From Candidatus Poribacteria bacterium (GTDB lineage Bacteria; Poribacteria; WGA-4E; WGA-3G): DNA of 64,000 nt. Shown here piece after piece: positions 10,066 through 18,617 of this stretch (its first letter is position 1; every line of letters starts with the position of its first letter). The translations under genes and the position numbers were made by a program. The stretch is from NCBI GenBank assembly GCA_965205015.1, contig OZ242029.1:2912001-2976000 (forward strand), given 5' to 3'. The notes under the pieces are model-generated. The model searched no databases and was not told the origin of the DNA. It saw only the letters and a program-made list of their open reading frames with translations.

Positions 10066-10596
10066 CTATAAATCTGGGTCGCTTCGTTTTGATCTACGTC
10101 GTTCTTCAATAGTGTTCAATATTTTTTCTCGCCAAGAATTGATAAGTTTCAGTGCTTCGTCCTTCAGATCGGCCATCATTTCATCTTCTGTTGCCCCGAA
10201 TTCAGTTGATAAAGGTATATCAAATTCATTGGCTCCTTCAAGATAGACCTCTACAAGATGATTAGCGGCTTCCTCATCGTATTTAGATGTGCCGAGTAGA
10301 ATATCCACAGCCTCATCCTCGACTTCCCATGCAATTTCAGCGAAATGATAATCATAATTGTGTAAATCCGTGAGATAAGAGTCATAAGGCATCATATCAT
10401 AGAGACGCTCCTCAATCGGATCTGCTAACTCCTCAAGTTTATCCTGTGCAGAATTCTGGCTGAAATAATGGTTGCCAATAGGGGTCACCCGTAAGATCCG
10501 CAAGGTGGTTTCTATCAGAATCTTATCTCTACCGCGGGAATCAAGGCATCGAAAGAGTCTCACGAGTCGCTTTTCATCATCGGTTAAATTATCCAT
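10066..10596 (-). CDS. Hypothetical acidic protein between methylase and ATPase
   Basis: ORF with AGGA RBS before MDNLTDDEKRL; co-oriented and tightly packed in the operon. Confidence 0.6.
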   Translation of the reverse strand: MDNLTDDEKRLVRLFRCLDSRGRDKILIETTLRILRVTPIGNHYFSQNSAQDKLEELADPIEERLYDMMPYDSYLTDLHNYDYHFAEIAWEVEDEAVDILLGTSKYDEEAANHLVEVYLEGANEFDIPLSTEFGATEDEMMADLKDEALKLINSWREKILNTIEERRRSKRSDPDL

Positions 10597-10721
10597 TGTA
10601 GCATTCCTTAAATGTTTAGTTTTCAAATCACATTCTTTCAATTGAACAATCTTTGACTGTCACGCCTCAACCTGTTTTTCACACCAGATTCCTCAATTCG
10701 TGCAATTTAGCCGGAACTTCA

Positions 10722-13493
10722 TCATGACTCCTGAATATTAAATTCTTGCTGTGTTTCTCGTTCTTCGGAACGCACACGTTCTTCTTGAATACCCGCCCAT
10801 GAAGTAATAAGCGTGTTATAGGCAATCGCCTCCTGTGCCCAGCCGTTGCGTTCACAGATAGCGAAAAGGCGATATGCCAACGCGCGTGCATTCTCGACCT
10901 GTTCGCTGCTGAGTTGATTGGCAAGACGTGCGACTTCAGTCTCACCACTCTGATTGAGTTCTCTGATGAGGTATTGCGTGCATTCCCATGTATTTATACG
11001 TCTATCGGAAGTTGGATCCCATTCGTCAGGATATTCCTCACGGGAAAGCAGACGGACCCTTCCGGCACGCGCTTGTAGTATACCTGATTCGACTATACCT
11101 TCTACACTGGTGTCTCTGGCACGCGCAAGAACATCGGCATCACCAAAGGATGACTCTCTCATTCCGTACTGTTCAAACCACGAAACACAAAAGCGCGTGT
11201 CGGCATCGAGATCGCCTTCCTGCTCGGTGAAATAGGCATCAAGTTCGGCATTGATGATTTGCAGAGCAGTGCGAACCCGCATTGGATTCCCATCAGGTTC
11301 AAGGACACTGCTGTAATTCGAGAAGACTGCCATGCCGGGACCAATTGCTGCTTGTGCGAGATCAACGGGAGCAATATTACCCTGCTGCAGGTGTCTGAGT
11401 GCGTCAGGCAGTTCGCGCCGAAGCAAGGTAATAAAATCGCGTCGGGTCACCATACCTGCATCATCGGATCGCGGACGACAGACGAGAACAATTGAGGAGG
11501 CGAGGGCATTGGTTCCCATCGCGATTTGGCGATTTCTCATTTCTGTTCGCATCGGCAGTGTCCCTGTAATCTGAAAACCGGCTTTCAGCAACCCTTCAAG
11601 CATTGTTTCCCATCCCGTTGAGGAAACGCCTCCATCTTTGCTATCCATTTCGGACTGCTTAAAAGCGTAGTAGACAGTTAGAGGATAATCTGGATGTGAG
11701 CGCGCTTTCATGAGCTGGAAGGCTTTACCTAAACCTGTTAGAAAATGTTCTTCTGCTCTCCTTCTATCGCCGCCGAAACGATGACGGGCAGCAACGAGTT
11801 CCTCAGTTGTTGGAACAAGCATCAACTTAAACAAATCAGGATAGATTTGCCTTAGACTTCGACGCAACCAGATATAAAAAAAGTTTGAAAGTTCTGCATA
11901 ATCAATGTTATCGTAATACGGTGGATCGGTCGAAATAAGTGGAGTGTCAACATCTAGCAACGCCGAAGCAGCATCAAGCTGGGCGATACGCCCGTTCTGA
12001 ACCTGAATATTTCCCAAATTCTTATCGATAAACCGAGCACCCCATTCTACGCAAGCTAACCAATTTCCAGTTGAGTGACTGAAAGGATTAGACTCTGCAT
12101 AATCCCAGATCATCGCAATCGCTTGACGACCAAAAGTACTACGTATTTTCTCAGTATCGTTCTGCCAACAACAAAAACTTGACCCATAATCCGCCGCTTT
12201 ATCAACTGCAAAAGCCAAATAGGTCGCCACAGCATTAGCGTAAACCTCTGCTTCTTCACAATCTGATTTGATTGCCTCTTCCTTCACCTGTTTCTGTGCT
12301 TCGGCTATTAGATCGCTGAAGGTAGATAAAGCAGTTAATTGACGTTGTGTGAAAAGATTTGCCCAAGTAAAGAAACCATATCCGCGTCCACTGACTAAGG
12401 TTGTGGTATCCCTATTCATTTCGATCTCAGGGGTCCAATTAGGTATAGCAGATTCCGCAATTTTCTCATGTTTTTCTGATGGTGATAGATAAACTCGGCC
12501 TCGTTTTCCTTCAACAACAATTGCCATTAGTTTTGAATCCAGCCGACCTGCCATGCTTTCATTTTTAATATGTGTTTCAGGGCTGTCTTGATGGCAAACA
12601 AGGCACTGGAAACGCGCCCCTCTCCCTCTTTTTGTCGGTTCAGTGGGCACGCCGTCCCCTGTTTTTACGGTGAACTGCACAGTTTTATTCGTTTTATCAA
12701 CGACAGGTTCAATCCATGCCTTATTTCTTTCTCTTTTTGATAACCAAAAAGAGGTAACAAGCGGCATTCTTGCTTTGCAGGCTGGGTTCTGACATTTCAC
12801 CCTTCGCGCCCAAACCCACGCGATGACCGTTGCTTCACCGCCGCCCTGTTCCGTCGGCAGTTTCACTTTTGGGTAAAGATGTCCTATGCGTTTCTCGGCT
12901 TCACCACGTATCCATTTTCCATAGTAGCGGACATCTTCTGCTAACCCCATGGCCCCTCTCAATGTTTGGTTCTGCAGTGAATCATTCTGTGCGTCGGGAT
13001 TAACAGGCGGTTGCCCAGCAAAGCGTGGTAGAATTTCGATCATCGCCTTAGTGATTAGCACCGCGACGGGGTTAAGATCGCTGCCGTGTGCCTCTAAGCC
13101 AAGTCGTTGTGCTTCCAGCGGAATTGAACCGCCCCCGCAAAATGGATCTAACACAGGCGGCGGATTCCTATCCGTTGACTTAAGAATTTCGGCGCGTGCT
13201 TTTTTCAGAACATGCTCGTTATTAATATTTTCCCATTTCACCAAATCCTGAATGATCTCAAAAAGGCGTTTGCGTTCACGTTCTTGCTCTGCTTCGGTGA
13301 GATCGTCTCGACTGGAAGGGTCATCAACAAGTGAGGCAAATAGCACTGCACGACACGCTGCTAAAGGTCGGCGCGCCCACCAGAGGTGTAACGTGGATGG
13401 GTGTCCGTGACGGATAGATTTTTCGCGTGCGGCTTCGCGATTGATGTCATCTAACGGTAAAGCGACTTCAATCAGTTTTTTGCGGTAGGTCAC
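10722..13493 (-). CDS. DUF1156 amino-DNA methyltransferase with Zn ribbon
   Basis: KKLIEVALPL..IN, HPSTLHLWWARRPLAACRA, SAM motif DPFCGGGSIP, catalytic TDPPYYD, CQNPAC and CLVC. Confidence 0.92.
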   Translation of the reverse strand: MTYRKKLIEVALPLDDINREAAREKSIRHGHPSTLHLWWARRPLAACRAVLFASLVDDPSSRDDLTEAEQERERKRLFEIIQDLVKWENINNEHVLKKARAEILKSTDRNPPPVLDPFCGGGSIPLEAQRLGLEAHGSDLNPVAVLITKAMIEILPRFAGQPPVNPDAQNDSLQNQTLRGAMGLAEDVRYYGKWIRGEAEKRIGHLYPKVKLPTEQGGGEATVIAWVWARRVKCQNPACKARMPLVTSFWLSKRERNKAWIEPVVDKTNKTVQFTVKTGDGVPTEPTKRGRGARFQCLVCHQDSPETHIKNESMAGRLDSKLMAIVVEGKRGRVYLSPSEKHEKIAESAIPNWTPEIEMNRDTTTLVSGRGYGFFTWANLFTQRQLTALSTFSDLIAEAQKQVKEEAIKSDCEEAEVYANAVATYLAFAVDKAADYGSSFCCWQNDTEKIRSTFGRQAIAMIWDYAESNPFSHSTGNWLACVEWGARFIDKNLGNIQVQNGRIAQLDAASALLDVDTPLISTDPPYYDNIDYAELSNFFYIWLRRSLRQIYPDLFKLMLVPTTEELVAARHRFGGDRRRAEEHFLTGLGKAFQLMKARSHPDYPLTVYYAFKQSEMDSKDGGVSSTGWETMLEGLLKAGFQITGTLPMRTEMRNRQIAMGTNALASSIVLVCRPRSDDAGMVTRRDFITLLRRELPDALRHLQQGNIAPVDLAQAAIGPGMAVFSNYSSVLEPDGNPMRVRTALQIINAELDAYFTEQEGDLDADTRFCVSWFEQYGMRESSFGDADVLARARDTSVEGIVESGILQARAGRVRLLSREEYPDEWDPTSDRRINTWECTQYLIRELNQSGETEVARLANQLSSEQVENARALAYRLFAICERNGWAQEAIAYNTLITSWAGIQEERVRSEERETQQEFNIQES

Positions 13494-13611
13494 AGGTTCT
13501 CCTTTCAGTGAATCGTATCATAACACAAAAGCGGAAGTTGTGCAAATTCAATCGTTTCGTTTCGACAGGCAACTCAGAGGAATTCAGTTTCCCGATAATT
13601 TCAATATCTTG

Positions 13612-14871
13612 CTATCGCCTGAGACTGGGTAACCAGAGCACACCTTCACCCGATCTCGGCTCGCGTATTATCCGCAATTCAGTCCCAGGAAGTATCCTTT
13701 TCTTCATCGGGCTCCTCGGATGGACAGAAAAGGGAATATATCCGACGCGATCGCAACTTGGCATTGAACTATTTGGATCTCCTGATAGGATAATCTGATA
13801 AGAGAATTGGTTAGGTAGAAGTCCGGTGAAGAAATCAATTCTACACCCAATATCCTCACCTTGAGGAAAAAAACCAATACCGTGAAAATGTTCAGTTGAG
13901 TCATAAACAAGATTTTCGGTTTCAGAAATTTTATATCCAGCGACAAATTTGTTAGGAGTTCCCCTATAAATAAACTCTTTGATTTCATTAAATATAGGTT
14001 CATGCCCACTGAATTCATGATAATGGTACAAAAAGCAATGAAATGCTACTTTGGCTATTGATCTGGTAAAGAAGGATATACCTTCTTGATCTGGTAACGC
14101 CAGAATGGTTGCTGCAAACATCTCTGGATGGTCAAATTTCTTTGCTTCTATAATTTCCTTCGTTCCACCCTGAAGTGAGTTGAAGAAATCTTCAACTGTG
14201 TTCCAGGGCCTACCTTCCTCTGGATATATCACTCTCAAATCATACCGAGTACGAGGAAAATCTTTTATGAATTTAGATTTAAATTCCGCCACTTTGCCAA
14301 AGAAACGCCAAGCAGTCCGAGGCGGAAAAATGTAGGTGTTTCCAAAAATACAATAGACATCCTCGTTTTCATCATAATTGATACGGTCTTCATTTACAAC
14401 AGTAGCGTTTAATCTTTCTCGATTTTCCGCGATGATTTCCTCCCCTGTCTGTCCCTCAGTGTATAGGGTCAAAATTATCTGTGGACGCAGGGGTTCTACT
14501 GAGTAAGTAGAATTAATTGTCCCATCATTCTCTTCTTTAAATTCGTGTAGAACAATATGATCGTCGTAAACAGGATTCGGCAGAAATAGTCCTATTGGAT
14601 TAATTCCGGATGCCCTCTTGTGATAGAGGGAAGTATGAAGCCCTTTAATTTTCCCACCCAATTCGCACTGAATCCGGTCCCATACAAAAGCTATATGAGA
14701 TCTCTTTGACAAAGCCATATCAAGTTTTCCCAGGCTGCTATTGCAGGTTTTACACAAGTGTTTATCAATTATCCACTCGGGGGCACCTTCCTGGAGTAGC
14801 GACTTGGGAAAAGCATGCTCTCTATTTAAATCTTTTTCCTCTTTGCAATAAATGCATCTGCCTTTTATCAT
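13612..14871 (-). CDS. HNH endonuclease-domain protein (HNH_5-like)
   Basis: N-terminal CIYC...EHAFPKSL...LCKTCNSSLG; C-terminal RSIAKVAFH; AT-rich. Confidence 0.75.
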   Translation of the reverse strand: MIKGRCIYCKEEKDLNREHAFPKSLLQEGAPEWIIDKHLCKTCNSSLGKLDMALSKRSHIAFVWDRIQCELGGKIKGLHTSLYHKRASGINPIGLFLPNPVYDDHIVLHEFKEENDGTINSTYSVEPLRPQIILTLYTEGQTGEEIIAENRERLNATVVNEDRINYDENEDVYCIFGNTYIFPPRTAWRFFGKVAEFKSKFIKDFPRTRYDLRVIYPEEGRPWNTVEDFFNSLQGGTKEIIEAKKFDHPEMFAATILALPDQEGISFFTRSIAKVAFHCFLYHYHEFSGHEPIFNEIKEFIYRGTPNKFVAGYKISETENLVYDSTEHFHGIGFFPQGEDIGCRIDFFTGLLPNQFSYQIILSGDPNSSMPSCDRVGYIPFSVHPRSPMKKRILPGTELRIIREPRSGEGVLWLPSLRR

Positions 14872-15070
14872 GATACTTCCTCTAATGTTTCTAACACAAT
14901 GACACTACCTTTTCGTTTTCGGAACCTTATATTCGTCAGTATTCAAGAGATTTTGACGACCTTCCCAGTTATCTCATCATCCGGTAGGTTGGAGAAGCGG
15001 GACCCTTGGCGTGTGAGTTGGGCGAAATAGCACTCTCAACCATATAGGTTGTTGGCATTGAGGGGTAAAT

Positions 15071-15871
15071 CTATTTTTTCTGTCTTACATTCCATATTGA
15101 AAAAGTTTTTTCAATATCTTCAATCGGGATCTCATCCAGGTTCACGAATGTATACAATCGCTTTGTATAACCTGAAAGCAATCCGGAGCCTGGATTACGC
15201 AAGAACGGCTCATTAATTTCTGACAATCTGGGAATAGATCCTGGCTCAATGTAGTAATTATCCATCAAATTTTCATAATCTCTGCCAATAGAATAAAATC
15301 TCGTCCGCTCGTTTTGAGGTATTTGTTCCTGATTAGCTATAGAACGAATCTCTACTTCCTGATTTCCGTATAGAATTATAAGTCTTATTATACAGAGCTG
15401 CCGATAAGAAAGTTCATTGAGATCCTTTAAAATCTGGCGATATGTATCTATATCTAAGTCTTGATTGAAATGAACATTTTCAGTTACACTCGCCATAAAT
15501 TTTATTTTCGGTTCCTCGGTTGTATCCATTACCTTTTTCAAAGTTGATTCTATAACTTCTTCCCAGTTAGACCGATTGGTAGGGGTTTCCTCAAAGAACC
15601 TATCCTTTCGAAATTCTTCACCGTTTTTTGATCTTTGCGCAATACCTTCTGCCGCTTGTTTTGCCCATTGATATAATCTTTTAGATTCGCTTCTGCTAGT
15701 AAGAGGTGAGATGACTCGACGTATGACTTCTCTGACGATTATTGGGATGATCACTGCAGACATACCCGTGGGATCACCAATAGCGGAGTTCGTCAAAATA
15801 CCTAACACCGGCAGACTAAAATCTTGTATAAGAGGTTCCGGTGTATCTTCTTCTGGTTTCATCAGAGTCAT
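15071..15871 (-). CDS. Hypothetical protein, possibly Abi-alpha/DUF4393-like
   Basis: Pattern EEPKIKFMASV..N....DIDTYRQILKDLNELSYRQLCII recalls DUF4393-type proteins; stop/start overlap with the upstream gene. Confidence 0.45.
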   Translation of the reverse strand: MTLMKPEEDTPEPLIQDFSLPVLGILTNSAIGDPTGMSAVIIPIIVREVIRRVISPLTSRSESKRLYQWAKQAAEGIAQRSKNGEEFRKDRFFEETPTNRSNWEEVIESTLKKVMDTTEEPKIKFMASVTENVHFNQDLDIDTYRQILKDLNELSYRQLCIIRLIILYGNQEVEIRSIANQEQIPQNERTRFYSIGRDYENLMDNYYIEPGSIPRLSEINEPFLRNPGSGLLSGYTKRLYTFVNLDEIPIEDIEKTFSIWNVRQKK

Positions 15872-16548
15872 TTTGGTTGCTCCTTTTCAAAGACCTGAGA
15901 CAGACTAACTACTGGATAGATAGTTCCTCTGTAATCGATGCTTGCCACAATTTCTGTCACTTCAATCGGATTTGTAAGAAACCATTCATTTCCTTGGGCA
16001 CGCGGGAGGTGCTTGCCATGTAGGGTGAGGACCCCATGTATGGCTTTCTCCATGGCCGCATGTAAATCTGTTCGAAAAAGAAGTGCGATTATAGGGGGTT
16101 TTGGGGTACCGCGCGTTTGGTTTTTCACCCGTGTTTCAGGTGCATCATATTTTATCTTCCCATTCTGGTCTACACCATCAGTTTTACCGATCTTGCATTC
16201 CCAAACAGACTTACCTTTTGATTCTGCGTCCTGTTTATCCTGTGAGAAATAGTAGAGATAGACCCAATGCGCCCCTTCGCCAAAAATCCATTGATCCTTC
16301 TGAGCAATGCGCCAAACTTGGTTGCCAATAAGACTTGTCTTTGCTTTTTTGCGTAAGTTATCTAATGCTCTAAATACTGTGATACTGCCACTTCCTCCTT
16401 CAGGTGGTTCTAATCCACCATGTTCTTTGTGCTTGCGAAGTAAGTACCTTCTTATGGTTCGAATCTTCGTACCGGATGTCCATGTCTCTGTGAGGAGTGC
16501 TTCTGCAATCTCTACGGAGAAATGCTGACTCTTATATTCATAATCCAT
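15868..16548 (-). CDS. GIY-YIG superfamily T5orf172/MUG113-domain nuclease
   Basis: WVYLYY...CKIGKT...RVKNQ..GTP......MEKAIHGVL......GNEWF; start moved to MDYEYK. Confidence 0.75.
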   Translation of the reverse strand: MDYEYKSQHFSVEIAEALLTETWTSGTKIRTIRRYLLRKHKEHGGLEPPEGGSGSITVFRALDNLRKKAKTSLIGNQVWRIAQKDQWIFGEGAHWVYLYYFSQDKQDAESKGKSVWECKIGKTDGVDQNGKIKYDAPETRVKNQTRGTPKPPIIALLFRTDLHAAMEKAIHGVLTLHGKHLPRAQGNEWFLTNPIEVTEIVASIDYRGTIYPVVSLSQVFEKEQPK

Positions 16549-16740
16549 ATTTTTCCCTATAATCTGAAAAATCTTTTCGAGGATGCCCTCAGAATCCCTT
16601 TGAAAAAGCATCCCCGCATGTTATCCTTCCATGTTTAAAGCGTATAACTATTTCAAATTATTGTGGTTGAATCCTGACTTTAGGCATTAATCGAGAGCAT
16701 AGGAAGGTGGCAGGGGACTACTTTCTGGAGTTGTCCTTTC

Positions 16741-17823
16741 TCATGCCTTGATACCAATTGAATTCAAAACTTTTTTGTATTCCCCCTCATTTTTGTTTTT
16801 GGGGGGAAGGAACATGAATCGCCTACGAACGCCTCTAAGCAGTGGAATCTCTTCTATGCATTTCTTGTGCCACATGTCTGAAGATATAAAAGTGACATTA
16901 GCATCGATAGCATAATATAGATATTCAAAATCCCTGAGTGCTCCTCGCGGAGATGAATTTTCTCTGTTCTCAGCGAGATATAAAAAAATAGTGGAATACA
17001 ATTGTGTGGCAGCCCGAGCGTATGGAGCAAATTTATCAATGGGTGGTTTTCCAGCCTTGTTAAATCGATTGAAAATTTCCGTTTGTTCATCAATAGAAAG
17101 CGGTATAATGGATACGTTGCATAAGAATTTTAATATGGACTCGGTATCGTAGTAAATTGCTTTATGAACCCATCTGTAAGCCTTTTCAAGAGTATTGAGT
17201 ATGAAAAATTCTTTATAGTTATCTCGGTAGTTGTCTAAAGCCTCTCTGATATCTGAAACATTTCTACGACCTCTTGCTATGAGAGGAACTCTTGCACTTA
17301 GTGGGATATTTTGACTGAACTGTCCGATTGCTTGGTTAAATTCCCGTACAATATTTTCGTCGGGAATATCTCTGTGATCCTTGGCTAATTCAATCAATTT
17401 TGCATCTCCAATATCTATGCCACGAAGTAGAGACATTTGGTTTTTGAGTCGTTTTTCTGCTGCTTCCATTCCCTCCACAACACGAAGTGCTTGTCTTTCC
17501 ATTTCTTCGCGATCTGCTTCTGGCTCGCTATAGATTGATGCAGTTGGTATTTTTGCTCCAACTCTGTAGCGATGTGATGATGCTTTAAGCAGATCCAGTT
17601 TGGCACGTTGTCCCCAGTGAAGAACATTTATCGTATTTTCAAAGTCAAATAAGGCACTCGGTTTGTCGAGTCCATGTTGAGCGTTCTCAATAAAGAGAAT
17701 TGGCGGATAGAGGATCGCATGTTTGGAATCTAACCTTTTACGCTGTTCCGAGTTCAATAAACGTAAAACGGATTTGTCCAAAAGTAGTAATTTTTTTTCT
17801 ACTTTTCTTTTTCTTTTCTTCAT
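16741..17823 (-). CDS. Hypothetical protein with possible split PIN-like nuclease motifs
   Basis: N-terminal LLLDKS and PILFIE; C-terminal DFEYLYYA...FISSD; start coupled to the upstream stop at 17825. Confidence 0.5.
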   Translation of the reverse strand: MKKRKRKVEKKLLLLDKSVLRLLNSEQRKRLDSKHAILYPPILFIENAQHGLDKPSALFDFENTINVLHWGQRAKLDLLKASSHRYRVGAKIPTASIYSEPEADREEMERQALRVVEGMEAAEKRLKNQMSLLRGIDIGDAKLIELAKDHRDIPDENIVREFNQAIGQFSQNIPLSARVPLIARGRRNVSDIREALDNYRDNYKEFFILNTLEKAYRWVHKAIYYDTESILKFLCNVSIIPLSIDEQTEIFNRFNKAGKPPIDKFAPYARAATQLYSTIFLYLAENRENSSPRGALRDFEYLYYAIDANVTFISSDMWHKKCIEEIPLLRGVRRRFMFLPPKNKNEGEYKKVLNSIGIKA

Positions 17824-17824
17824 T

Positions 17825-18595
17825 TTAAAGCCTCTCCTTTTCCACAAGGAAACCGTGTTGTGTGAGTTCAGTAGATGCAACTTTCCAGACTGCGCGTGCT
17901 TGTTTAACAGCCTCAGATGCGTCTGTTTCCGTGGCTTCTTGCACGTCGTCTGGATAGCGAGCTCCGACTGCCCATCTGTTGAGGTCTCCTAAGTTTGGTA
18001 GAGCGGTTTTGAGGTGCCAACTCTCAGGCAGCAAGTCCCGTAGAACGTTCAAGTCATGTGTTCTCTGAAAATCGATCTGTAAGAAGATTAATACCGCCTT
18101 TAGAGCCTTCTCAGCCGCTTGTTGCGCGTGCCAACAGGCTTGGCGAGGTGGAACATGTGAATGCCCTAAAAAAGTTTCAGCAGTTATTAAATCTTCCTCC
18201 GCATGGCGCAGCCAGCGGACAGTGTCTATGAGTTGATCCCTTGTTTGTATAGCGGATTTTATCTTCTTCTTGGGCATACTGCACCGACTTTTCCAAAGGA
18301 CTTTACCCTCTTGTTGGGCATACCGCAGCACGGAGCCGATCCGAGTGCGGCTGCGTTCAAGCTCCTCGGGGGTGGATACGATGATGTCTTTTGCGACAGG
18401 TAAATCAGATAGTGCGCGATCAATAGCAATGGCGATTTTCCGTTTATCCGTGAGTTCCCCAAAAACCACGAGCAGATCTATGTCGCTATCTCGATCTGCG
18501 TCCCCTCGTGCCTGTGAACCGAAGAGGATAATCTGCAAAGGGTTGAAGTCCCGCACGATGCGCTCTGTCATGATTGGGATAAAATCGTTATTCAT
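17825..18595 (-). CDS. Fused minimal nucleotidyltransferase (MNT) and HEPN protein
   Basis: IILFGSQARGDADRDSDIDLLVV, then in the same frame WLRHAEEDL..A, ACWHAQQAAEKALKA, RTHDL, ARYP. Confidence 0.85.
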   Translation of the reverse strand: MNNDFIPIMTERIVRDFNPLQIILFGSQARGDADRDSDIDLLVVFGELTDKRKIAIAIDRALSDLPVAKDIIVSTPEELERSRTRIGSVLRYAQQEGKVLWKSRCSMPKKKIKSAIQTRDQLIDTVRWLRHAEEDLITAETFLGHSHVPPRQACWHAQQAAEKALKAVLIFLQIDFQRTHDLNVLRDLLPESWHLKTALPNLGDLNRWAVGARYPDDVQEATETDASEAVKQARAVWKVASTELTQHGFLVEKERL

Positions 18596-18617
18596 CTGAT
18601 TTTCACCTCCCAATTTC

